From positions 4,096,001 through 4,160,000 of the forward strand of contig OZ240241.1 of NCBI GenBank assembly GCA_965198115.1: a stretch of 64,000 nucleotides of DNA, read 5' to 3'. Below are positions 17,915 through 26,606 of the stretch, piece by piece (within the stretch, counting starts at the first letter, position 1; every line of letters begins with the position of its first letter). The position numbers and the translations under genes were made by a program. The notes under the pieces are model-generated. The model saw nothing but the letters and a program-made list of their open reading frames with translations. It was not told where the DNA came from and ran no database searches. The stretch comes from Candidatus Latescibacterota bacterium. GTDB lineage: Bacteria; Latescibacterota; UBA2968.

Positions 17915-19726
17915 ATGAACGAATTGGAAACCACATTTAAGTCGGCCCAGAGAGGATGCATCGAGGCTTACGGCACGCTTGTCGAGCGCTACCAGGATAT
18001 GGCCGTGGGATACGCCTACAGCATCCTCAGGGACTTCCACCTGGCGCAGGACGCGGCACAGGAAGCGTTCATCGAGGCTTTTCCAACGTTGGAAAGAGTT
18101 CACTCACTGGCGGCTTTTCCCAGCTGGATGCGGCGGATCGTCTTCAAACACTGCGACCGTCTGACCCGGAAGGATCGGCGATTCACCTTCCTGTCGGCCG
18201 AAGAAGCGTTGGCACTTCCCGCACGGGAGCCGCTCCCCGACCGGGTTCTGGAGGATCGTGAGATGCACAGCCTGCTGAACGATGCGGTTTCCGACCTGCC
18301 GGAGGGGGAGCGCGAAGTCGTCACGATGTATTACATCTCGGACCAATCACAGAATGACATCGCGACATTTCTGGATGTGCCTGTTTCGACGGTGAAGAAC
18401 AGGCTGAGAAGCGCGCGAACTCGAATGAGAGAGAGGCTGCTTGATATGGTTGAGGACAACTTGAAAGCGAATCGGCCGTCGAAAGACGCGGAATTCGTGA
18501 ACGGCGTGCTGAAGATCGTCGCGCCGGTGAAGGAGAAAGACAGTGACGCGATTTACCGGAGACTGGAGGAAAAGGGCCGTGCAGATATGGCGCGCCAGGC
18601 CCGAAATGGGCGTATCGCGGAGAGTCACTTCGACTGGAAGACCTCCCGTGTCGGGATGGTGGACGGGAAGATCGCGACCCACGTCGGCGTGTATGAACTG
18701 AACTTCCAGATCGGAGATGCGGTCGTCCGTGCGGCCGGCATCAACTGGCTGGACGTGAACAAAGAGACAGCAGACGAAGGGAAGCTGCAGGAGACCATCG
18801 GAGCCGCCGTAGAAGCGATGGAAGCGAATGGCTACGACATCGCCGTGACGAGATCGGAGCGACCGGAATGGCTCGCGCCGCACGGGTTCGTCTACGGGAT
18901 GCCCGTTCAACAATGTTACTACGTTAACGTGGAGGATCTGCCGACTGAGCCGCCTGACGTGATACTCGAGCGGGTTCACGCAAACGAGATCGCGAGTCGC
19001 AAGGACCTCGCGGAGATTTACAACCACGATCACAAGGGTCTGACGGGGTGTTCGATTCGTCCTACTTACCACCGCGGCAAGTGCCCGCCACCCGACGACA
19101 AGGACTTTCCCGCCTACATCTTCAAGGATGATCGTGGGAAGGTCGTCGGCTACCTGTATGACGGACCGTTTCGGGACAAAGAGATGTTCACGTTTTCGGA
19201 TGCTGCCGGTGACCCGGAACAGATTCTTCGAGTGCTTGCGCAGAAGGTGAGGGAGTTCGAGATCGATCGTGTACGGTTCATCAAAATGCCCTATCGCAGC
19301 CCGCTGGCGAAGCGGATCAGGCAGGGCGACTACATTCTCGAGGTCAAGAAGGTTGACAATGATGGGCGCAGCGCGTCGCAGATCAGGCTGATCAACCTTC
19401 GCTCTACCCTGGAGAAGATCGCGCCGGTGCTAGGCGGACGGTTGGCTGCGTCGACGTTGTCAGGATGGGAAGGTACGGTTTCGATCGAAGCCGATGGCCA
19501 GGCTGCGTCACTCGCGATCGGAGGAGCGAAGGTCGATGTGTCGGACGCAGTCGATTCCGATCACTCCGTGCGCGGAGGACAGGAGGTCGCGCAGTTGCTG
19601 ATCAGCACCGAGGTTCCGGACGAGGTCTGCGAAGCCGGTGGCATCACCCTCGCAGGGGATGCGGGCAAGCTGATCGAGGTGCTTTTTCCCGAACAACGCG
19701 GCCAGATGCCCAACGAGGATCTGTAG
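17915..19726 (+). CDS. ECF sigma factor fused to an Eis-like GNAT/SCP2 C-terminal region
   Basis: Sigma2 (LVERYQDM..AQDAAQEAF..WMRRIV) and sigma4 (LPEGEREVV..IATFLDVPVSTVKNRLRSAR), then about 410 aa with Eis-like segments (DGKIATHVGV..IGDAVVRAAGI; RLINL..EVLFP). Confidence 0.8.
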   Translation: MNELETTFKSAQRGCIEAYGTLVERYQDMAVGYAYSILRDFHLAQDAAQEAFIEAFPTLERVHSLAAFPSWMRRIVFKHCDRLTRKDRRFTFLSAEEALALPAREPLPDRVLEDREMHSLLNDAVSDLPEGEREVVTMYYISDQSQNDIATFLDVPVSTVKNRLRSARTRMRERLLDMVEDNLKANRPSKDAEFVNGVLKIVAPVKEKDSDAIYRRLEEKGRADMARQARNGRIAESHFDWKTSRVGMVDGKIATHVGVYELNFQIGDAVVRAAGINWLDVNKETADEGKLQETIGAAVEAMEANGYDIAVTRSERPEWLAPHGFVYGMPVQQCYYVNVEDLPTEPPDVILERVHANEIASRKDLAEIYNHDHKGLTGCSIRPTYHRGKCPPPDDKDFPAYIFKDDRGKVVGYLYDGPFRDKEMFTFSDAAGDPEQILRVLAQKVREFEIDRVRFIKMPYRSPLAKRIRQGDYILEVKKVDNDGRSASQIRLINLRSTLEKIAPVLGGRLAASTLSGWEGTVSIEADGQAASLAIGGAKVDVSDAVDSDHSVRGGQEVAQLLISTEVPDEVCEAGGITLAGDAGKLIEVLFPEQRGQMPNEDL

Positions 19727-19756
19727 GCTGATCCGGGATTCGATGGACAGGTTCTG

Positions 19757-19786
19757 GGTAGGGACGCTTCGCGAAGCGTCCCTACC
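19757..19786. repeat. Perfect 30-bp palindrome with GTAG/CTAC motifs (REP-like; possible terminator role)
   Basis: GGTAGGGACGCTTCGCGAAGCGTCCCTACC is its own reverse complement and lies between convergent genes. Confidence 0.85.
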
Positions 19787-19870
19787 TGCGTACTGATAAC
19801 AAAACGAACGGGCGGCCATCTTATTGATGCGCCGCCCTTCTTGTGCCCTGAAGGTGTAAGCCGTTCTCTT

Positions 19871-19895
19871 CTTGGCGTCTTAGTGTTTTTGCGTT
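19871..19895. repeat. 8-mer tandem array
   Basis: CTTGGCGT CTTAGTGT TTTTGCGTT; same family as 16299-16323. Confidence 0.65.
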
Positions 19896-19971
19896 CACCC
19901 TCCCCGTGTTCGTGCATCCCTCGGTCGCCATCGGCTTTCCTCCGACAATGTCTCAGCACACTCGGATTCGG

Positions 19972-20841
19972 CTATGCCATCTTCAACATCTCCGGCGTGA
20001 TCGTGTCTCCGTCGCACGCGCTGACCGCATCCGCTACGACGTCGGCGAGCTCTGCGCAGTTCCGAGGCCAGGCGTACGCTTTGAGATGATCCAGGGCGGC
20101 TTCGCTGAGGGCGGGAGCCGGGCCGTCGCTGTCCTTGGTACGCGACCGGATGAAGTGATTCGCAATTTCGGACAAGTCTTCGAGACGGTCCCTGAGCGTC
20201 GGACTGAGAATCGAGTTTTTCGCGAGCATCTCGTATAAATCCGATCTGAATCGGCCCTGATCGACGGCATCCTGGAGGCTGTGATGACAGATGCCGACAA
20301 TACGAACATCCGATCGCAGGATGGTCGCGCCACCCATCCGTGAGAACCGCCCGTTGACGCAATAGGCGGCCAGCTTCTGCTGGATGTTCGGTGAGAGCCT
20401 GTCGATAGCCTCGATGCAGACCGTGCCCCGCTTTGCCAGTCTGAGCAGACCCGACACCGGCGATGAACGGCCGCCTGCGGGATCCGCCTCGACGCCGAAC
20501 AGTTCCGTTTCGATCGTTGCATCCGTTGCACTCGCATCGAGGAACAGAATAGGCTGGTCGGCACGAGGACCGTTGAAGTGGACGGCCTTCGTGATCAGCA
20601 TTTTACCCGTCCCGGGTTCCCCCTCAACCAGCACGTGATCGTCGATCCTCGCCACTTCCTCGATGCGTCGGAGCAGCGCCTGATTCAGCTCACTCTCACC
20701 CACGATGCTCGTCGTGATTTTGGCTTTCCCGTCACCTGCAGGCGAGGACGACCGGAGAGCATCGAGCATTTCCTCTGCTTCCTCTTCGCTGACCGTTCCG
20801 GCCGCGAGGAGCGATAGAACTTTCCGTTCTGCTGCATCCAT
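19972..20841 (-). CDS. SHOCT-like domain fused to a degenerate sigma54-interaction AAA+ domain (no GAFTGA, no HTH)
   Basis: N-terminus ERKVLSLLAAGTVSEEEAEEMLDAL; Walker A GEPGTGK; ETELFG, GRFRSDLY, LRDRLED and YAWPRN motifs; AAGGAGG RBS. Confidence 0.85.
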   Translation of the reverse strand: MDAAERKVLSLLAAGTVSEEEAEEMLDALRSSSPAGDGKAKITTSIVGESELNQALLRRIEEVARIDDHVLVEGEPGTGKMLITKAVHFNGPRADQPILFLDASATDATIETELFGVEADPAGGRSSPVSGLLRLAKRGTVCIEAIDRLSPNIQQKLAAYCVNGRFSRMGGATILRSDVRIVGICHHSLQDAVDQGRFRSDLYEMLAKNSILSPTLRDRLEDLSEIANHFIRSRTKDSDGPAPALSEAALDHLKAYAWPRNCAELADVVADAVSACDGDTITPEMLKMA

Positions 20842-20864
20842 TGTTACCTCCTTGATCGACGTTA

Positions 20865-21227
20865 TCAGCCGGGTCTCCGAAGTTGAGCGATCGCATCGCG
20901 TGCGGTCAGCTCTCCATCCACAACCGCGTCCAGAATGCTCAGCTGGGACTCGCGTTCGTTCCGAGATGGGTTACCCAACGCCTGGTTCACCTCCTCCAGG
21001 CGTTTTCGAACGGTGGGGTAGGAGATCCCCAGATCCCGCTCGACTTCCCGGATGTTGCCTCGGGCGCCGATGAATGCGAGGATGAACCGCTGCTGCTCGT
21101 CGGAGAGCAGACCGAGCAGAGAGGTTCGAAATTCGCCCTCGATCGTGGCCGAACAATCGTGACACCCGAGTTTGACCGGACGAAGCCGTCCTCCGCAGAT
21201 CGGACAGGCTGTGAGTGAGTGATTCAT
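20865..21227 (-). CDS. DUF2089 family protein (Zn ribbon + HTH + SHOCT-like tail)
   Basis: CPICGG..CHDC and GNIREVERDLGISYPTVRKRL motifs; tail ILDAVVDGELTARDAI; GGGAGGA RBS before ATG 21227. Confidence 0.92.
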   Translation of the reverse strand: MNHSLTACPICGGRLRPVKLGCHDCSATIEGEFRTSLLGLLSDEQQRFILAFIGARGNIREVERDLGISYPTVRKRLEEVNQALGNPSRNERESQLSILDAVVDGELTARDAIAQLRRPG

Positions 21228-21260
21228 GGTCCTCCCCATTCCAGACCCACCGAAGTATTC

Positions 21261-21355
21261 GATTTAATTTGAAATTATTAATTAATAATATTTAATATAT
21301 CAATTTATACAAGAAAAATAGTTTCAAAAATGAATTATTACTATCCTGTTTATAA
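21261..21355 (-). promoter_or_regulatory. AT-rich promoter/operator region of the DUF2089 operon
   Basis: Almost entirely A/T; perfect palindrome ATTATTAATTAATAAT at 21274-21289; TTGTAT-N16-TATTAT on the minus strand. Confidence 0.55.
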
Positions 21356-21390
21356 AAAGTGCCCACCCTCGCCTGTTCGAGAGTGGGCTT
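21354..21390 (-). terminator. Intrinsic terminator (minus strand)
   Basis: GCCCACCCTCG-loop-CGAGAGTGGGC stem with a T-run on the minus strand. Confidence 0.7.
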
Positions 21391-21397
21391 CAGTTAG

Positions 21398-22967
21398 CCT
21401 GAATTATGCATAAAAAAGGTAGTCTCCTTGTACAAGTGTTTGTTTTTCCCTACATTAGGGCTGACACATCAAAACAACACTTGGAAGGAACTACCGTGAT
21501 AGAACCTAGTCAGATCCGGTTACCATTCGCAAGCATTTCGGGCAAGGTAGTTGAGGCTGATTTTGCCGGTGGCGCCGTCAGGAGTGACGGTGGAGTTCTG
21601 TTGCTTCGCGCCCTTGAGTCTCAGATGGGATTGATCGCCAGAATGGTAGATGCTTTGCGAGATCGTCGTCACCCAAGCTATATCGATCACACGCTTTTGG
21701 ATCTTGTGAAGCAGCGTGTTTTTCAGATCGCTTGCGGCTATGAAGATGCCGTCGATTGTGATGATTTGCGCCACGATCCGGGCGTCAAGGCTGCCTGCGA
21801 TCGGCTTCCTCTTTCCGGTCCTGATCTCGGGAGCCAATCAACGATGACACGACTTGAGAATGATGTGCGACGCTCGGATTTGTATCGGCTCGCACGGGCT
21901 TTTGTAGACGGGTTCATCGCATCGTATGACCAGGCACCCCCAAGCATCATTCTCGATATCGACGACACGGATGACCCAACGCACGGTGCGCAACAATTTT
22001 CACTCTTCAACGCGTATTACAATGAACACTGCTATATGCCGCTACATATCTATGAAGGCCAAAGCGGCAAGCTCATTACGACGATCTTGAGACCCGGGCA
22101 TCCGACGAACGGTAAACAGGTCGTTTCTATTCTCAAGCGCTTGGTGGAACACCTACGCGGATCTTGGCCAAACGTGGAGATCATCGTTCGCGCAGACTCA
22201 AAGTTCAGCTCACCAGAGATGCACGATTTCTGCGAAGACAACGGTATCTACTACGTTCTGGGCCAGGGCGCCAACTCCAGGCTCAAAGCGGCTGGACAAA
22301 ACCTGATGGACCAAGCGCTACGTCTGAGCGAGCATAAGGAGACGATTCGCTTGTTCTCATCCTTCTCATATCAGGCTGGCACCTACCGGCAGCCTCGCCG
22401 GATCATTCACAAGGCTGAAGTCACAAACGGCGAAGCAAATCCAAGATACCGCGTGACCAATTTACAGAGTAATCGAGACGGCTTTATCTATGATCGTATC
22501 CGATCGAACATCGTGCCACAAGTTTGAAGCCAACCAGTTCCGACTCTTTCTACACAGTGCTGCATACGCCTTGCTTCACGCACTCCGATCACAGGGACTC
22601 AAGGGCACCGCGTGGACCAAACCTCAGGTCAACACGATACAGAACCGTTTCCTCAAAATCGGCGCGAGAGTCATTGAAAGCGCACGAAGAATCCGATTCC
22701 ATTTTCCAACATCGTATCCACTCAAAAACGTCTTGGTGTCAATCATCACCAGGCTCGAAACGAACACGCAGTAACAACGCCGATCTATACCGGGGACAGC
22801 TATGTACACGTCGCAAAACAACACCTGTTCCGGACGAAAATCGTGACTCTTGCGACTCGTAGAGACCGCTTACGGGACCTTGGACATCCGAAGAAGCCGA
22901 GAACAAATCCTGTGCGTGATCACATCACTCCAAAACAACCTAAACTCAAATTCATGCATGATTCAGG
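21398..22967 (+). mobile_element. IS1380 family insertion sequence (defective)
   Basis: Terminal inverted repeats CCTGAATTATGCAT / ATGCATGATTCAGG (1 mismatch); flanks TTAG and CTAG; lower GC than its surroundings. Confidence 0.9.
21496..22774 (+). pseudogene. IS1380 family transposase with internal deletion and frameshift near 22500
   Basis: SDGGVLLL, GYEDAVD, LDIDDTDDPTHGAQQ, VRADS and, in another frame, DRTSCHKFEANQFRL. The RG-x-x-EN-x-IKE segment expected between them is absent. Confidence 0.9.
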
Positions 22968-23991
22968 CTAGGGGCGAGGCGACGGCCGCGAAGTGGTTCA
23001 TCGTGACGCCCATCGACAGTGTCGGCTTGAGATCTTCGTCAGGCGCGATTTTGTGCAGATAAGTCGTCAGCGCGATCCCTCCGAAGAAGATCATGTTGTC
23101 GATGCAGTAGAGGACGTAGAGGATGGGGCGACTGTCGATCGTGCCGTAGCCAAAAAAAACGAAGGCCAAAACCACATAGCTGAAACTCAGCATCTTCCGC
23201 TCACCGTATCGGTCCACCAGACGTCCCATCCAGGTCGCCGTCAGGGTGATCAGAAGCTGATTCACGAACACGAGCTTCATCGTCGTCGCGACCGGCATGC
23301 CGTGGACCTTCACGAGGGCAAAAATCGCGAACGTAATGAACATCTGTTTTCTCAATCCCTGAAGAAAGTTCAGGGCATAGTAAAGACCGTAGCGCCGCTT
23401 CAGAACGAAGCTCTTCTCGACCTCCGGCTTGCTTCTGCTGGTGAACAGAATGGCGACGCCACCGAGGATCGTGGCGATCCCTGCGAACAGAAACAGCCCC
23501 CCGTAGCCGATCAGATCGTAGGTCAGGTTACACGTGACGATCGTTGCCAGCCACGCCAGACTGTGGACTGATCGCAGCTGACCGAGCCAGTTTCCCTTGG
23601 TGCCCTCGGGAGAGAACAACAGCGACATGGACTGCTCCAGAGGGAGCCAGCAATGAAAGCCGATACTCCAGACCACGGAGTAGAGGGCGAGCGTTGCGAC
23701 CGACGTCACCCCCGCGTAGGCAATGATTCCGGCTCCCATAATCGCGAGTGAGAGGGCCGCGACGACCGGTGGCGCAAAACGGATCATCACCGCCAGAAAC
23801 AGCACATTCAAGAACCCGGGAACCTCGCGCAGTGCCTCAACCCATCCCAGCTCGTGCGGTTCGATACCGAGTCGATCTACGATGAAGTTGTAAAACAGCG
23901 ACATCTGCACACCGAAGAAAATGCCTTGCGAAGCCACTGCCGCTGCGAGAAGCCGAAAGTCCCGGTTCCATTGTGTGATCGAGAGTTTCAC
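22963..23991 (-). pseudogene. MFS transporter truncated at the C-terminus by IS1380
   Basis: Multi-TM protein (LREVPG, GRLVDRYGER) that ends at NHFAAVASPLA* with the stop inside the IS inverted repeat. Confidence 0.8.
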
Positions 23992-24147
23992 GTTCAGGCC
24001 TGAGAGAGTCGTGTGCTCGTTCGCATTTCAGCCTTCTGCAACACCGTCCGCCCTTCGATACGACGGACACACGCGTCCAGATGAGTGGCAGTCACCCCTC
24101 TTGGCTCGGCCGTCTACTCAGGGTGAACGGTGAGGGTTCCCTGCACG

Positions 24148-24375
24148 TCAGATGCGTGTTAGATCCTCTTCCACTTCTGAGGGTTTGACCCAGAGATCCC
24201 AGTCGTAGTTTTCGTTCTTCCCGTCGGGATCGACGAGGGGGCGGGCGGGGGACAGTGTTTCGTCGACCGTTTCGAGTTGGGACAACCAGATCTGGATCGC
24301 ATCCACACCCGTCTGAAACTCTCCCATCGGACGACCCTTCCCATCGTAAACGCGAATGCTCACGACAGAAAGCAC
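24148..24375 (-). CDS. Small hypothetical protein or gene remnant
   Basis: 75-aa ORF starting 3 nt after the permease stop; no recognisable motif. Confidence 0.3.
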   Translation of the reverse strand: MLSVVSIRVYDGKGRPMGEFQTGVDAIQIWLSQLETVDETLSPARPLVDPDGKNENYDWDLWVKPSEVEEDLTRI

Positions 24376-24378
24376 GGA

Positions 24379-25065
24379 TCAGACCTCGACCCATCGATCG
24401 AACAGGACAATCCCGGATGCTGTATAGACCAATCCGAACGCGAAGGAGAAAGCGACTTGAATCCACGGTGTGCCCAGTTGATCGCCAACCAGATCGTAAA
24501 AGGGGGAAAGGAGCTGAAAGTAGAGCACGAGCGTCACCACCACATAAACGAAGCCGAGCAACCACCAGGGCCCGGCGACCGCCTGCCGGATTCCTACCCA
24601 ATTGGTGGCAATGCCCAGCAGCAGGACGACCGTAGCCAGATACTGCGTGTTGACGTAGGTCAACACCAACCGGGGCGTGGCGCCGAACTGTTGCAGCAGC
24701 AGGCCCGTCACCTCGAATTCGACCCGCAGAAGATGAATGCCCGCGAGGGAGACACCGAAAATGGCGAGACCTACGCTCAGCGGTGCGACCCATTTGGCCA
24801 AGGCGATAAGCGCAGGTCTCACCGGGAGAGCCAGCAGAAGGTAGTGGGTCGACGCCCTCCACTCTCCGGAAAACGAGCGAACGAGGGCAAACGGCAGCAG
24901 TGCCGCGGTCACCCAAACGGGAAAGCCAGCGAGGAAGAGGGCACCGGCTTCTCCCTCGACTCGAGTGAGGATGAACGTATAGAGCAAGATGGCACCCGCC
25001 GACAGCCCTCCGTAGACCCCTCTGTGCTCGCGTAGCTCCTTCAAGTAAAGAGCCAGCCACATCAT
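24379..25065 (-). CDS. ABC-2-type transporter permease
   Basis: LYLKELRE start, EW..YLLLALPV..LAK motif, about 6 TM segments; start overlaps the ATPase stop. Confidence 0.8.
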   Translation of the reverse strand: MMWLALYLKELREHRGVYGGLSAGAILLYTFILTRVEGEAGALFLAGFPVWVTAALLPFALVRSFSGEWRASTHYLLLALPVRPALIALAKWVAPLSVGLAIFGVSLAGIHLLRVEFEVTGLLLQQFGATPRLVLTYVNTQYLATVVLLLGIATNWVGIRQAVAGPWWLLGFVYVVVTLVLYFQLLSPFYDLVGDQLGTPWIQVAFSFAFGLVYTASGIVLFDRWVEV

Positions 25066-25781
25066 CAGATCGCGACCTCCTCGAACAGGTCGCTCAGGTC
25101 GACGCCGCGTTCACGCTTGAGCGCTTCGGCGTCTCCCTGGAGTGTGATCTCGCCATCGCGGAAGAAGATCACGTCCTCCACATACGGCTCCACTTCGTAG
25201 ACGAGATGCGTCGAAATCATGATGGTCTGTTCGGGGCGTCTGACTCGATTGATCAGCTCACTCAGAATTTTCCGCCTCGAAGGTTGATCGATCCCGCTCA
25301 GGGGCTCGTCCATCAACACCAGTCGGCTCGGCCACGCAAAACCTGCCACGATCTTCAGCCGACCTCGCTGACCCCTCGAGAGCGTCTCGATCGTCTGGTC
25401 CTCTTCCAACTCCATCGTGTCGAGCAGGGCGCGTGCACGGTCGGCCTCCCAACCGGGGTGGAATTTTTGTAGGAAATCGAGCATCCCGCCGACAGTCATC
25501 CACCCATAGAACGGGTCGACCTCAGGCAAATAGGATGTGATGCGTCGCGACCGATGAGACGGAGCAACATCATCGAGCGTGACCGTCCCGTTCGTGGGCC
25601 GTGTAAGTCCCGCCAGAATCCTGAAAAAGGTGCTCTTCCCGGACCCGTTCTGTCCCAGAACACCAACAACACGACCGATCGAAACGTGTGTATCGACGCC
25701 GCGCAACGCCCATTTCGATCCGTATCGCTTTTCTAATTTTTCCGTATGAACCATAGGCGCGGAATGTACGTGTTCGAGCAT
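25065..25781 (-). CDS. ABC transporter ATP-binding protein
   Basis: Walker A GQNGSGKST, signature LSRGQ, Walker B LMDEP, H-loop STH. Confidence 0.93.
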   Translation of the reverse strand: MLEHVHSAPMVHTEKLEKRYGSKWALRGVDTHVSIGRVVGVLGQNGSGKSTFFRILAGLTRPTNGTVTLDDVAPSHRSRRITSYLPEVDPFYGWMTVGGMLDFLQKFHPGWEADRARALLDTMELEEDQTIETLSRGQRGRLKIVAGFAWPSRLVLMDEPLSGIDQPSRRKILSELINRVRRPEQTIMISTHLVYEVEPYVEDVIFFRDGEITLQGDAEALKRERGVDLSDLFEEVAI

Positions 25782-25858
25782 GGAATGTCACGGAAACTCA
25801 ACATACACCAACCTGATGAACATATAAACCATTTAATAACAATATGTTAATATATACA

Positions 25859-25932
25859 TTGACAGAACACATCTCCTGTGTATGTTTATGGAACATTCGT
25901 TTAAAGCGAACGTTTAAATCGTACGCTTGAAT
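25859..25932 (+). promoter_or_regulatory. Sigma70 promoter followed by tandem TetR-type operators
   Basis: TTGACA-N16-TATGTT, then 13-bp periodic units ATTCGTTTAAAGC GAACGTTTAAATC GTACGCTTGAATG. Confidence 0.65.
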
Positions 25933-25940
25933 GGACGCCT

Positions 25941-26606
25941 ATGACCGAAACACCCACCACGGACACACGTGTCAAACTTCTCGATGCGGCAGAACGTCTG
26001 TTCGCCAACCAAGGCATCGGCGGCACCTCCCTGCGTGCGATCACGAATGAGGCAGGCGCCAATCTGGCGTCGATCCACTATCACTTCGGGAGCAAGGAGG
26101 CCCTGCTCCAGGCGGTCTTCGCGCGACGAATCGAGCCGATCAACCAGATGCGGCTCGATCAGCTGGCCGCAGCCGAAAACCGGCAGGCCAGCCCCGGTCT
26201 CGAGGAAATTATCAGGGCGTTCGTCCGGCCTGCCCTGAGCCTGCTACGATCGCCCGACCACGGCGGAGAGTGTGTGATGCATCTGATGGGCCGCCTCTAC
26301 TCCGAACCCGGCGATTTCAAGTTTTCGATCCTCAGCCTGTTCGAGGAAGTCGCGCAGCGATTCGGCGCCGCGCTGCATCGGGCGGTTCCCGAACTGCCGG
26401 CCGACGAGCTCTTCTGGCGATTTCACTTCATGATCGGAAGCATGGCGTTCACCCTCGTCGCCGGCGACGTCATCCAACGGCGCTCCGAAGGGCGCATCAA
26501 TCTGGACGACGTCGACGCCAACGTCGAGCGCCTGGTCAGCTTCATAGCTGGCGGGCTTCGCGCTCCACTGCCCGACCATCTTCATCCTGAGAGACGCCCG
26601 GAATGA
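25941..26606 (+). CDS. TetR/AcrR family regulator (PsrA/CerR-like)
   Basis: LLDAAERLFA..TSLRAIT..ANLASIHYHFGSKEAL HTH; WRFHFMIG. Confidence 0.95.
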   Translation: MTETPTTDTRVKLLDAAERLFANQGIGGTSLRAITNEAGANLASIHYHFGSKEALLQAVFARRIEPINQMRLDQLAAAENRQASPGLEEIIRAFVRPALSLLRSPDHGGECVMHLMGRLYSEPGDFKFSILSLFEEVAQRFGAALHRAVPELPADELFWRFHFMIGSMAFTLVAGDVIQRRSEGRINLDDVDANVERLVSFIAGGLRAPLPDHLHPERRPE

